60,487 bases of DNA, from contig CANKVM010000002.1 in NCBI GenBank assembly GCA_947487175.1, forward strand, positions 1 through 60,487. The letters are read 5' to 3'. Position 1 is the first letter of the stretch. Each line of letters opens with the position of its first letter. This stretch comes from Flavobacteriales bacterium. GTDB taxonomy: Bacteria > Bacteroidota > Bacteroidia > NS11-12g > UBA955. Position numbers and translations under genes: made by a program. Positions 51,461-60,465 of this stretch are shown here, one piece after another. The notes under the pieces were generated by a model, which saw only the letters and a list, made by a program, of their open reading frames with translations, ran no database searches and was not told where the DNA came from.

Positions 51461-52327
51461 ATGAAACACGAAGAAATTAACAAAAACGAATTGCATAACA
51501 ATCCTGAATTTAAAGAAATTTGGGATTTATCAGCAAATTATACATACTCAGAATCAGACCAAAATGATGAAGCTTGGTCAAAATTCAAAGCTGAAATTCA
51601 GCCAAAAGCCAAAATGAAAGTTTCGTATTCGCGCTTATTGGCTTATGCTGCTGTAGTATCAATCTTCATACTTTCAGGTATTGTTCTGTTTAACATGAAT
51701 CAATATAGCAAAGAACACCCATTGGCAGCAACTCAAAATACAATGGCTGGAGAAATGAAAGAATTCAAACTTCCTGATGGCAGTGTCATTACCATGAATG
51801 GTGCAAGTTCTGTTACTTATGAATTAACGGCTAATGCAAGAAAAATTAAACTTTCTGGCCAAGCACATTTTGAAGTTGCACCGAATAAATCTGCACCATT
51901 TTCAATAGTTACACCTAAAGGTACCGTTACAGTTCTAGGAACAGGATTTGACGTAGTTGCTTATCCAAATAAAGAAATGTCCGTTTCTGTAAATCATGGT
52001 AAAGTAAAAGTTCAACACAATAATAAAGAAGTTATTCTAACCAAAGGAATGAGTGCAATTACTAATGAATTGGACTTAAACAAAGTTGACATGGATTCTA
52101 CTTCGGTAGTTTGGAGAGGTCAATTTATTGAATTTAACAATGCAAATCTTTCAAAAGTTTGCACCACGCTAGAAAACAAATACAATGTTCAATTTGACAA
52201 TTCAAATTCTAAAAATCAAAACCTTCAATTCACAGGTAAATTCAAACAAAATGCATCTATTGATGAAATATGCAATGTTATCAATACTGCACTTAAAATT
52301 AACTTAACCCGCAAATCAGCTAAATAA
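51461..52327 (+). CDS. FecR family anti-sigma / transmembrane sensor protein (N-terminally short)
   Basis: TM helix LLAYAAVVSIFILSGIVLF. FecR domain LPDGSVITMNGASSVTYE..GQAHFEVAPNKSAPFSIVTPKGTVTVLGTGFDVVAY. C-terminal DUF4974-like region. ATG 51461, although the frame is open back to 51359. Confidence 0.8.
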   Translation: MKHEEINKNELHNNPEFKEIWDLSANYTYSESDQNDEAWSKFKAEIQPKAKMKVSYSRLLAYAAVVSIFILSGIVLFNMNQYSKEHPLAATQNTMAGEMKEFKLPDGSVITMNGASSVTYELTANARKIKLSGQAHFEVAPNKSAPFSIVTPKGTVTVLGTGFDVVAYPNKEMSVSVNHGKVKVQHNNKEVILTKGMSAITNELDLNKVDMDSTSVVWRGQFIEFNNANLSKVCTTLENKYNVQFDNSNSKNQNLQFTGKFKQNASIDEICNVINTALKINLTRKSAK

Positions 52328-52377
52328 TTATTTAGTAATAAGCAGGATGATTTAATCTTTTATATTGTTTTTTTTGC

Positions 52378-52410
52378 AAAGAGGCCAATTTAATAATTGG
52401 CCTCTTTTTT
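52378..52410 (+). terminator. Strong rho-independent terminator after the FecR gene
   Basis: 13-bp perfect stem AAAGAGGCCAATT/AATTGGCCTCTTT with loop TAAT, then a T-run. Confidence 0.75.
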
Positions 52411-52506
52411 GCTATAAACCCAACATCTATGCAACGTTTTATACTTGAACTAAGTCATATTATTATGTCTTTCAATTTATAACCCTTTTTTAATCCATTT
52501 TATATT

Positions 52507-52514
52507 TAAATTTG
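52507..52514 (+). promoter_or_regulatory. Candidate -7 box TAAATTTG for the SBBP/T9SS-B gene
   Basis: Exact TAnnTTTG 12 nt upstream of ATG 52527. It overlaps the TTG 52512 used by the ORF track, which argues against that start. Confidence 0.35.
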
Positions 52515-52526
52515 TTTATCTCTTCA

Positions 52527-55500
52527 ATGCGCAAAATTCTTATATCTATCATTTGTCTAATTTCATTCACTGCTTCTGCGCAAAGCAATGAACTATACTT
52601 TCAACCGAATATTGGTCAAATTAATGGCCTCGAAAATGAGGAAGCCCCAATTGCATTTTGCGAGTTAAAAACTGCCACAGTTTATTTAAATAAAACTGGA
52701 CTAAGGGTAGTTTTAACAAACCCCATTGATATTCCAAAAGTTCATAAATCATTTCATTACAGGGGAATGGATACTTCATTTACCATCAACAAACATGTAA
52801 TAGATATCAATTTTATTCAGTCTATTATCCCTTCAAAAATTGATTTTTTACAACAGTCTCCCTATTATTTGAATTACTTTTTAGGCAACAACCCAAACAA
52901 TTGGAAAACGAAAATTTATCCCTCAAAAACAATAAAATTAACCAATATTTATGCAAATATTGATTTCTTGATTTATGCAACTGATAATGGAATCGAATTC
53001 GATTGGATTGTAAACAAGGGCGGTGATCCGAATCAAATTCAAATCAGTTTAGAGGGGAATTCAGGTGTGAAATTATCATCAAAAGGCATTGAAATTGAAA
53101 GTTCATGTGGCAGTTTCACAATTGCCCAACCAAAAGCATTTCAGCGCAAACTTTCAAGATTTTCTAATTTGAAAAGAGTTCCTTGCAAGTATTCTCAAAT
53201 CAACAACAAGACATTTCAGCTAATTACACATAAATACAATAAAAATGAACCCTTAATTATTGATCCAATATTGGTATTTAGTACTTACAGTGGATCAACA
53301 GCCGACAATTTTGGATTTACTGCAACTTACGATACTTCAGGATGCCTTTATGCTGGAGGTATTGCTGATGCTGATTCCCGAAACTACCCTGTTACAACCG
53401 GTGCATTTCAAACTACATATGGTGGCAGTGTAAATGGCGCCGACCCCGTTGGTTTGCCATGCGATATTACTATCAGCAAATACAGCCCTGATGGGAAAAA
53501 GCTACTGTTTGCAACTTATCTTGGGGGGTCAAATGATGAATATCCCCATAGTTTATGCATTGACCCAGATAATAATTTGTTGGTTTTTGGTACAACATTA
53601 TCTAATGATTTCCCTATTCATCAAGACTCTTTTATCAGCAATAGTTATAAAGGCAATTATGATATAATTGTAACTAAATTATCGGCTGCGGGCGATAAAA
53701 TGCTAGCAGGAACATATATTGGTGGAAATTCGGCAGACGGTTTTCAAATTAACACCGGAGCCCAAAAAAGCCAACTGCTTTATAATTATGCCGACAATTA
53801 CAGAGGCGACATTACAACAGACAACAAAGGCAATATTTTTGTTTCTACTTGTTCTCATTCGAGCGATTTTCCAGTAAGTACGGGAGCCTTTCAAACTTCA
53901 TTAAAAGGAAGAACAGATGCATTGGTATTTTCATTATCACCACTCATGAGTAAAATGAGATGGGCTTCCTTTTTTGGAGGCTCTGGCGATGATGCTGGAT
54001 ATTCATGTCGATTTGATGATTCCGCACATCTATTTATAGGTGGGGGAACAAAAAGTTCAGATTTTCCATTGACAGGAAACACAGTTGCTCAAAAAACTTT
54101 TGGCGGTGTAACAGATGGATTTGTTTTAAAAATAGACAAAGACAATGGGAAATATGTAAAAGGAACATTTTGGGGATCTAACACATACGATCAAATTTAT
54201 TTCTTAGATATTGACCCTAAGGGAAAAATCTATTTTACGGGTCAAACTGAAGGATATATCAAAAGAACTGCGGGTGTTTATGGAAAAGATAGCACCCACC
54301 AATTTATTGGAAGAATGAGCAATGATTTGTCATCTATTGACTTTATTACAACTTTCGGTAACAGACAAACTGGAAAACCTGAATTATGCCCATCTGCTTT
54401 CATGGTTGATGATTGTTATAACATCTATTTCAGTGGATGGGGTTCAGCCATAGGAATTGGAAATAATGGAACTACTGACGGATTAGAAATTACCCCTGAT
54501 GCCCATCAAAAATCGACAGATGGAAACGACTTCTACCTACTAGCATTGAAAAAAGATGCCAAAAGCTTGGTTTACGCTTCTTATTTTGGGGGAAATTTAA
54601 GCGAAGATCACGTAGATGGAGGTACCAGCCGTTTTGATAAACGAGGCGTGATTTATCAATCTGTTTGTTCATCTTGCCCAAACAATCCACCTGGATTGAA
54701 TGATTTCCCCACCACCGCAAATGCAGTATTTAAAAACAATGTGAGTGTTCGTTGTAGTAATGCCAGTTTCAAATTAGATTTCCGATTGGGCTATTCAGTT
54801 GATGCAACATTCAATGTAAATCCTATGGTTATTTGCTTAGGCAAAACAAATACCTTCACTCCTGTAAATTTATACAATGCCAAATATTTGTGGCAATTCG
54901 GAGATGGGGATACATCAAGCAAAAAAATCACAACCCATTTGTATAACAAAATAGGAAAATACAATGTTACTTTAAGCATTATTGACACCAATAGTTGTAA
55001 TCAAAAAGCAACATTCAATCAAACAATTGAAGTGATTGAAACACCCTTGCCAAAAGTAACTTTAATGTCCGAAAGCTGTGTGCCTGGCATTAAGTTTACT
55101 GCATTGGGAACCCAATACGACAGTATTTTTTGGAATTTTGGCGATAATTCAGAAATTAAGAAAAACGAAAATCCCATAACCCATATTTATGAAAAGGGCA
55201 ATTTCACTGCCACCATTATTTTCAAAAATAGCCTATCAGGTTGTACAGATACAATTTCAAAACCCATTTCAGCTGTAAATGACAGTATTGTAAATTGGGA
55301 AATGGCCAACGTTTTTACCCCAAATAATGATGGCAAAAACGATTGTTTTAATGTGGTTGGATATTCTCCAAGTTGTGAATTTGCAGAAATGAAAATCTTT
55401 AACCGTTGGGGTGAAAGGGTTTATTACGCTAGCTTAGATAATTGTTGGAATGGAAAAATAGAAAATACGGGCCCAGATGCACCTTCCGGAACTTATTTTT

Positions 55501-55583
55501 ATATCATTACAGTAATCAAAACTACCAATCCAAATATCCCTAAAGAAATTCACGGTTCTGTGAATTTGATCCGAACCAAATAA
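52527..55583 (+). CDS. Secreted SBBP beta-propeller-repeat / PKD protein with T9SS type B C-terminal domain
   Basis: Signal peptide MRKILISIICLISFTASAQ. Repeated propeller blades (FSTYSGS, FATYLGGSNDEYPHS, AGTYIGGNSADG, ASFFGGSGDDAG, ASYFGGNLSEDH). PKD repeats (WQFGDGD, WNFGDNS). [41 protein letters not shown]. Confidence 0.9.
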   Translation: MRKILISIICLISFTASAQSNELYFQPNIGQINGLENEEAPIAFCELKTATVYLNKTGLRVVLTNPIDIPKVHKSFHYRGMDTSFTINKHVIDINFIQSIIPSKIDFLQQSPYYLNYFLGNNPNNWKTKIYPSKTIKLTNIYANIDFLIYATDNGIEFDWIVNKGGDPNQIQISLEGNSGVKLSSKGIEIESSCGSFTIAQPKAFQRKLSRFSNLKRVPCKYSQINNKTFQLITHKYNKNEPLIIDPILVFSTYSGSTADNFGFTATYDTSGCLYAGGIADADSRNYPVTTGAFQTTYGGSVNGADPVGLPCDITISKYSPDGKKLLFATYLGGSNDEYPHSLCIDPDNNLLVFGTTLSNDFPIHQDSFISNSYKGNYDIIVTKLSAAGDKMLAGTYIGGNSADGFQINTGAQKSQLLYNYADNYRGDITTDNKGNIFVSTCSHSSDFPVSTGAFQTSLKGRTDALVFSLSPLMSKMRWASFFGGSGDDAGYSCRFDDSAHLFIGGGTKSSDFPLTGNTVAQKTFGGVTDGFVLKIDKDNGKYVKGTFWGSNTYDQIYFLDIDPKGKIYFTGQTEGYIKRTAGVYGKDSTHQFIGRMSNDLSSIDFITTFGNRQTGKPELCPSAFMVDDCYNIYFSGWGSAIGIGNNGTTDGLEITPDAHQKSTDGNDFYLLALKKDAKSLVYASYFGGNLSEDHVDGGTSRFDKRGVIYQSVCSSCPNNPPGLNDFPTTANAVFKNNVSVRCSNASFKLDFRLGYSVDATFNVNPMVICLGKTNTFTPVNLYNAKYLWQFGDGDTSSKKITTHLYNKIGKYNVTLSIIDTNSCNQKATFNQTIEVIETPLPKVTLMSESCVPGIKFTALGTQYDSIFWNFGDNSEIKKNENPITHIYEKGNFTATIIFKNSLSGCTDTISKPISAVNDSIVNWEMANVFTPNNDGKNDCFNVVGYSPSCEFAEMKIFNRWGERVYYASLDNCWNGKIENTGPDAPSGTYFYIITVIKTTNPNIPKEIHGSVNLIRTK

Positions 55584-55587
55584 ATTA

Positions 55588-56472
55588 TTATTGCAATCCT
55601 GCAACCAATGCCTCAGGTGCAATTTTCTTAACCAAACCCTGAAGTACCTTGCCTGGGCCTACTTCTGTGAATTGGGTTGCTCCATCTTGAAACATTTGTT
55701 GAACCGATTGGGTCCATCTAACAGGCGCTGTTAATTGCAAAACCAAGTTTTGTTTGATGATAGCTTTATCAGTTTCAGCTTTAGCTGTTACGTTTTGATA
55801 AATTGGACAACTAGGATCATTAAAAACCGTATTTTCAATGGCTGTTGCTAATTTTTCGCGTGCAGGCTCCATTAACGGTGAGTGAAAAGCACCACCAACT
55901 GGTAAAATCAATGCACGTTTTGCGCCAGCTTCTTTCATTGCTTCACAAGCAGCTTCCACTGCAGCATAAGCACCAGAAATTACCAACTGACCAGGGCAGT
56001 TATAATTTGCTGGAACAACAATTCCGCCTATTTGCGCACAGATTTCTTCCACTTTTTCATCAGCCAATGCCAAAACTGCCGCCATGGTTCCTGATTCAAT
56101 TTCACAAGCTTCTTGCATGGCCATTGCACGTTGATAAACCAATTTCAATCCATCTTCAAAGTCTAATACTCCCGCAGCTACCAAAGCACTAAATTCACCA
56201 AGGCTATGCCCAGCCACCATGTCTGCATTGAAGTCCGAACCCATTAATTTTGCACGAATTACACTATGCAAAAAAATTGCGGGCTGAGTTACATTTGTTT
56301 GGCGCAAATCTTCATCAGTGCCTGTAAACATTAAATCTGTTATTCTAAAACCCAATAATTCATTGGCTCTTTCAAACATTTCTTTTGCAACTTCATTGCT
56401 CTCATAAAGATCTTTACCCATTCCAACGAACTGACTTCCTTGGCCAGGAAATACAAATGCATTTTTACTCAT
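55588..56472 (-). CDS. fabD: ACP S-malonyltransferase
   Basis: Starts MSKNAFVFPGQGSQFVGMG. Active-site GHSLGEFSALV. ATG 56472 is preferred to the ORF-track 56511. Confidence 0.92.
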   Translation of the reverse strand: MSKNAFVFPGQGSQFVGMGKDLYESNEVAKEMFERANELLGFRITDLMFTGTDEDLRQTNVTQPAIFLHSVIRAKLMGSDFNADMVAGHSLGEFSALVAAGVLDFEDGLKLVYQRAMAMQEACEIESGTMAAVLALADEKVEEICAQIGGIVVPANYNCPGQLVISGAYAAVEAACEAMKEAGAKRALILPVGGAFHSPLMEPAREKLATAIENTVFNDPSCPIYQNVTAKAETDKAIIKQNLVLQLTAPVRWTQSVQQMFQDGATQFTEVGPGKVLQGLVKKIAPEALVAGLQ

Positions 56473-56590
56473 GGTGGCAAAATAACAACTAAAACATTTT
56501 ATTGAACCCACAAAATATCAATCCCATCGACTTTGTTCAATTTTTTTAACAGTTTAACCTAAAATTAACATGCAATTCGATTTTTTGCAT

Positions 56591-56598
56591 TAAATTTG
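56591..56598 (+). promoter_or_regulatory. Candidate -7 box TAAATTTG for the YceI gene
   Basis: Exact TAnnTTTG 23 nt upstream of ATG 56622. Confidence 0.35.
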
Positions 56599-56621
56599 TT
56601 TAAACAAATATTAATTCAAAT

Positions 56622-57167
56622 ATGACAACCCAAGCAATTTCAAAATGGAACTTAGATGCAACGCATTCAGAAGTTCAATTCAAAGTAAAACACTTAGTAA
56701 TTTCAACCGTTACAGGTAACTTTAAAGAATTTACTGCAAACATCGAAAAACATGGTGATTCATGGGCGAACGCGGTAATCGAATTTTCTGCAAATATTGA
56801 TAGCATCGATACGAATAATGCTGATCGTGATGGACATTTGAAATCTCCTGAATTTTTTGATTCAGCTCAATTCCCTCAAGTAACTTTTAAATCAACTAGT
56901 TTCACTGAGAAATCTGGTAGTGTATTTTCTTTAGTTGGTGATATTACTTTAAAAGGAGTTACCAAATCTATTGAATTGACTGCTGAATTAGGTGGCGAAA
57001 TGGTTGATCCATGGGGAAATCACAAAGTAGGATTTGAAATTACTGGCGAAATTAACCGTGAAGAATTCGGTTTAACTTGGAATGCAGTTACCGAAGCAGG
57101 TGGATTGGTTGTAGGTCCTAATGTAAAATTGATTATGAATGCACAATTTGCACCAGCTGCAAATTAA
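56622..57167 (+). CDS. YceI family polyisoprenoid-binding protein
   Basis: 181 aa. WNLDATHSEVQFKVKHLVISTVTGNFKEF and DSIDTNNADRDGHLKSPEFFD are typical YceI motifs. Confidence 0.9.
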   Translation: MTTQAISKWNLDATHSEVQFKVKHLVISTVTGNFKEFTANIEKHGDSWANAVIEFSANIDSIDTNNADRDGHLKSPEFFDSAQFPQVTFKSTSFTEKSGSVFSLVGDITLKGVTKSIELTAELGGEMVDPWGNHKVGFEITGEINREEFGLTWNAVTEAGGLVVGPNVKLIMNAQFAPAAN

Positions 57168-57186
57168 TTCAAAAATATATTTCCAT

Positions 57187-57219
57187 AAAAAAAGAGGCTT
57201 TCATAAAGCCTCTTTTTTT
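57187..57219. terminator. Bidirectional rho-independent terminator between the YceI and ABC-F genes
   Basis: A-tract + AAAGAGGCTTT / AAAGCCTCTTT stem (loop CAT) + T-tract. It lies between convergent stops at 57167 and 57238. Confidence 0.75.
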
Positions 57220-57237
57220 ATTCATTTAAATTATCTA

Positions 57238-59163
57238 TCAGTTAAATTCAGAAAGCTCTAACCAACGTAGTTCTTTCAAATCAATTGAATCTTGCATCGT
57301 TTGCAATTCAGCACCCAATGTTGCAATTTTATCAAACTCTGTGGTTAAAAGAGCAATTTCGCCTTCTAGTTTAGACCTTTGAACTGTTAATTCAGCAATT
57401 TCCTTTTCCAATTGATCAAACTCAAATTTTTCTTTGAAAGTAAGTTTGCGTTTTTCAACAGCAGGCGCTTCAATTTTATTTACTACCGCCACTTCAGGCT
57501 TCTTTTCATTCGAAGATTTAGAAGCTTTGAAATTATCTTTAGCCTCTTGCTGACGTCTTGCATCTTCAAGATCATCCCACTCTCTATAATCGCTATAGTT
57601 ACCTGGAAAATCTCTCACTTTACCTTGTCCCTCAAAAATAAAAATATGATCTACCACTTTGTCCATAAAATAACGATCATGGCTCACAATTATAGCACAA
57701 CCATCATAACCAGCAAGAAAATCTTCTAGCACGCCCAACGTTTCAATATCTAAATCATTTGTTGGCTCATCTAAAATTAAAAAGTTAGGAGCTTTCATTA
57801 AGACCGTCATCAAATACAACCTGCGTTTTTCACCACCGCTTAATTTGACAGCAAAATCCCACTGCTTTTCGTGGCTAAATCCAAACTGCAAAAGGAGTTG
57901 CTGCGCTGTCAATTTATTTCCATTAGCCATTGGAATCCAATCGGCAATGTCCCTCACAATATCAATAACTTTTTTAGAGTCATCAATCTTCATTCCTTGC
58001 TGAGAATAATATCCAAAAATCATGGTGTCACCTTGAACAATTTTTCCAGCATCAGGCTGTTCCAATTCCATAATCATGTTTAAGAAGGTAGATTTACCCA
58101 CCCCATTAGGACCAACAATCCCAACTTTTTCTTTCCTTTTAAAAATGTAGCTAAAATCGTCTAATAAATTCTTTGCACCATAAGCTTTACTCACATGATG
58201 AAGTTCTAATATTTTAGAACCCAAACGCTCCATTCTCATGGTAATATTGAGTTCAGTTTTATGGCGCTGATTTTTGATTCTGGCTTCTAAATCATCAAAA
58301 GCATCCACCCTACTCTTGCTTTTGGTACCTCTTGCCTTTGGCATTTTACGCACCCAATCTAGTTCACGTCTAAATAAATTCTTATCCTTATCTAACTCGC
58401 TTGCAATTTGTGCTTCTCTAAGTGCTTTATTCTCTACAAAATAGGTGTAATTCCCTTTGTAATGAAAAATATCACCATACTCTAATTCGATGATTGTATC
58501 ACAAACCCTGTCTAAAAAGTAACGATCGTGGGTAACCAAAAGTAAAGACAAATCTTTTTGCGACAAATATCCTTCAAGCCATTCAATCATTTCTAAATCC
58601 AAATGATTCGTAGGCTCATCCATAATCAATAAGTCGGGCTCAGCCAAAAGAACTTTTGCCATTGCAACACGCTTTCTTTGTCCTCCAGATAAACTCGACG
58701 CCAATTGATCATGATCTGCAATTTTAAGTTTCGTTAAAACTTGTTTTACCCTACTTTCATAATCCCAAGCACCCAATAAATTCATTTGTTCGGTAGCCCA
58801 TTGTAAATGATTCATGTCATCTTCTGACGGATCATGTGATTGCTTCTCAATTGCAATATCATATTCTCTAACAGCTTTACTTATTGGAGAATCGTAGATT
58901 AAAATATTGTCAATTACCGAAACATTTTCCATCAATTCTGGCTCTTGAGGGAGATAACCAATTTTTATGTCCTTACGAATAATTGCTTGACCCGTATTCG
59001 GTGTTTCTTTGCCAATTATAATTTGAAGCAAGGTGCTTTTCCCTTGGCCATTTCCTGCAACCAAAGCCACTTTTTCACCTTGTTGTAATCCAAAGGAAAT
59101 ATTTTTTAGCACGGGTTTATCGTGCCATGTTTTTGATAAGTTTTCTACTGATAAAAAATTCAT
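57238..59163 (-). CDS. ABC-F family ATPase (second paralogue)
   Basis: 641 aa. Walker A GNGQGKST / GPNGVGKST, signatures LSGGQRKR / LSGGEKRR, Walker B LIMDEPTNHLD / LILDEPTNDLD. Charged C-terminal coiled-coil. Confidence 0.9.
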   Translation of the reverse strand: MNFLSVENLSKTWHDKPVLKNISFGLQQGEKVALVAGNGQGKSTLLQIIIGKETPNTGQAIIRKDIKIGYLPQEPELMENVSVIDNILIYDSPISKAVREYDIAIEKQSHDPSEDDMNHLQWATEQMNLLGAWDYESRVKQVLTKLKIADHDQLASSLSGGQRKRVAMAKVLLAEPDLLIMDEPTNHLDLEMIEWLEGYLSQKDLSLLLVTHDRYFLDRVCDTIIELEYGDIFHYKGNYTYFVENKALREAQIASELDKDKNLFRRELDWVRKMPKARGTKSKSRVDAFDDLEARIKNQRHKTELNITMRMERLGSKILELHHVSKAYGAKNLLDDFSYIFKRKEKVGIVGPNGVGKSTFLNMIMELEQPDAGKIVQGDTMIFGYYSQQGMKIDDSKKVIDIVRDIADWIPMANGNKLTAQQLLLQFGFSHEKQWDFAVKLSGGEKRRLYLMTVLMKAPNFLILDEPTNDLDIETLGVLEDFLAGYDGCAIIVSHDRYFMDKVVDHIFIFEGQGKVRDFPGNYSDYREWDDLEDARRQQEAKDNFKASKSSNEKKPEVAVVNKIEAPAVEKRKLTFKEKFEFDQLEKEIAELTVQRSKLEGEIALLTTEFDKIATLGAELQTMQDSIDLKELRWLELSEFN

Positions 59164-59177
59164 TCTTCGCTAAAATG

Positions 59178-59185
59178 CAAAGGTA
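59178..59185 (-). promoter_or_regulatory. Candidate -7 box TACCTTTG for the second ABC-F gene
   Basis: Exact TAnnTTTG on the minus strand, 14 nt upstream of ATG 59163. Confidence 0.35.
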
Positions 59186-59254
59186 AGGGAATACCATAGG
59201 GTAAAATGAATTTTGATATTGAAAACTCTAGAAATGAACTATAAAACAATTGAG

Positions 59255-59262
59255 TATTTTTG
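59255..59262 (+). promoter_or_regulatory. Candidate -7 box TATTTTTG for the porin-like gene
   Basis: Exact TAnnTTTG 5 nt upstream of ATG 59268 and downstream of the ORF-track start 59250. Confidence 0.35.
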
Positions 59263-59267
59263 CAACC

Positions 59268-60335
59268 ATGAAATTCCTTAAGATTATCATTTGCTTTTTA
59301 ATTTTTCACACTGTTTATCTGGTGAATGCCCAAGAGGTAAAAGAAAATGAATTTCTAATTTACAGTGAATTATACAGTTCAACGTCAATTCATAATTTAG
59401 AAAAACCGAGTTATTTGTGCTCCTACGACCAAAATAATCATCCCTCAACGAATATCATTTTACTAAAATGGTCATCAAATAATAATTTCCAAAATAAAAA
59501 ATCATATTTAAAATATAACGTAGGCTTAATGATAGGAGATTATGTGAATTCAAACTTAAAAAACGAATCGCGTACCTTACAGAATATCTATGAAACAAAT
59601 ATTGGTATTAAATTTAGCAACAACATGAGTTTAGACTTTGGCATTTTTAACTCTCATATTGGATTTGAAAGTGCAATTGGTCAAGAAAGTTGGACGTGTA
59701 CAAGAAGTATCTTGGCCGATAATACTCCTTACTATGAAGCAGGTTATAGATTGAATTACGAATCTGACAATAAAAAATGGAAAGGCAATTTGAATTTTTT
59801 AAATGGTTGGCAAAAAATGACAGCCAATTTAAATGACCAAAAATCATGGGGACATCAAATCCAATATATCCCAAATAAAAATATTACACTTAACAGCAGT
59901 TCATATTTTGGTCAATCGCCAAACATTCAAAATAGAAGCAGATATTTTCACAATTTATATTCCCAATACCAAATGAATAACAAAATTGGATTTATTTTAG
60001 GGATTGATAATGGCTGCGAATTCGACAAAAACGAATCCCTGAAAAATGCGAAATATTATTATTCACCCATCTTTATTACCAAGTACACCATCAATTCAAA
60101 GTCAAGTATTACGGGCAGATTTGAATATTTCAAAGACAACAACATGATTTTGAACAATACATATTTGAAAGAAGTGAAAGGATATTCAATCAATTACGAC
60201 TATCAAATAAAGACAAGCAGCACATTAAGATTAGAGGCAAGAATGTTACAACACAAGGAATCGGACAAAATTGATCAAAAAGATAAAAACAACATCTTCT
60301 TTTCTATTGTATTTTGCACTAAAATCAATCAATGA
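59268..60335 (+). CDS. Putative outer-membrane porin-like beta-barrel protein
   Basis: Signal peptide MKFLKIIICFLIFHTVYLVNAQ. Y/N/G-rich amphipathic strands (SLDFGIFNSHIGFES, YYEAGYRLNYE, LNFLNGWQ). Family call is tentative. Confidence 0.65.
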   Translation: MKFLKIIICFLIFHTVYLVNAQEVKENEFLIYSELYSSTSIHNLEKPSYLCSYDQNNHPSTNIILLKWSSNNNFQNKKSYLKYNVGLMIGDYVNSNLKNESRTLQNIYETNIGIKFSNNMSLDFGIFNSHIGFESAIGQESWTCTRSILADNTPYYEAGYRLNYESDNKKWKGNLNFLNGWQKMTANLNDQKSWGHQIQYIPNKNITLNSSSYFGQSPNIQNRSRYFHNLYSQYQMNNKIGFILGIDNGCEFDKNESLKNAKYYYSPIFITKYTINSKSSITGRFEYFKDNNMILNNTYLKEVKGYSINYDYQIKTSSTLRLEARMLQHKESDKIDQKDKNNIFFSIVFCTKINQ

Positions 60336-60465
60336 AAGTAGAAATTTGGTCAGACGTAATGTGCCATTTTTTGTATTTGACCAAGCTTATGCGGTTTCAG
60401 GAGCCCAAGGTGAAGAAAGTTTCTTGCATGTATTAAATACAGTTGCTGAAAAAACCAAACAATAA
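60332..60465 (+). pseudogene. DsbA-family (FrnE-like) thiol oxidoreductase remnant: N-terminal 11 codons joined out of frame to the C-terminal ~35 codons
   Basis: ATG 60332 (ATGA overlap with the porin stop) reads MKVEIWSDVMC, then nonsense to a stop at 60434. In the other frame, from 60358, it reads NVPFFVFDQAYAVSGAQGEESFLHVLNTVAEKTKQ*. Both pieces are canonical ends of DsbA/FrnE-type proteins; the ~200-codon middle is missing. Confidence 0.55.
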
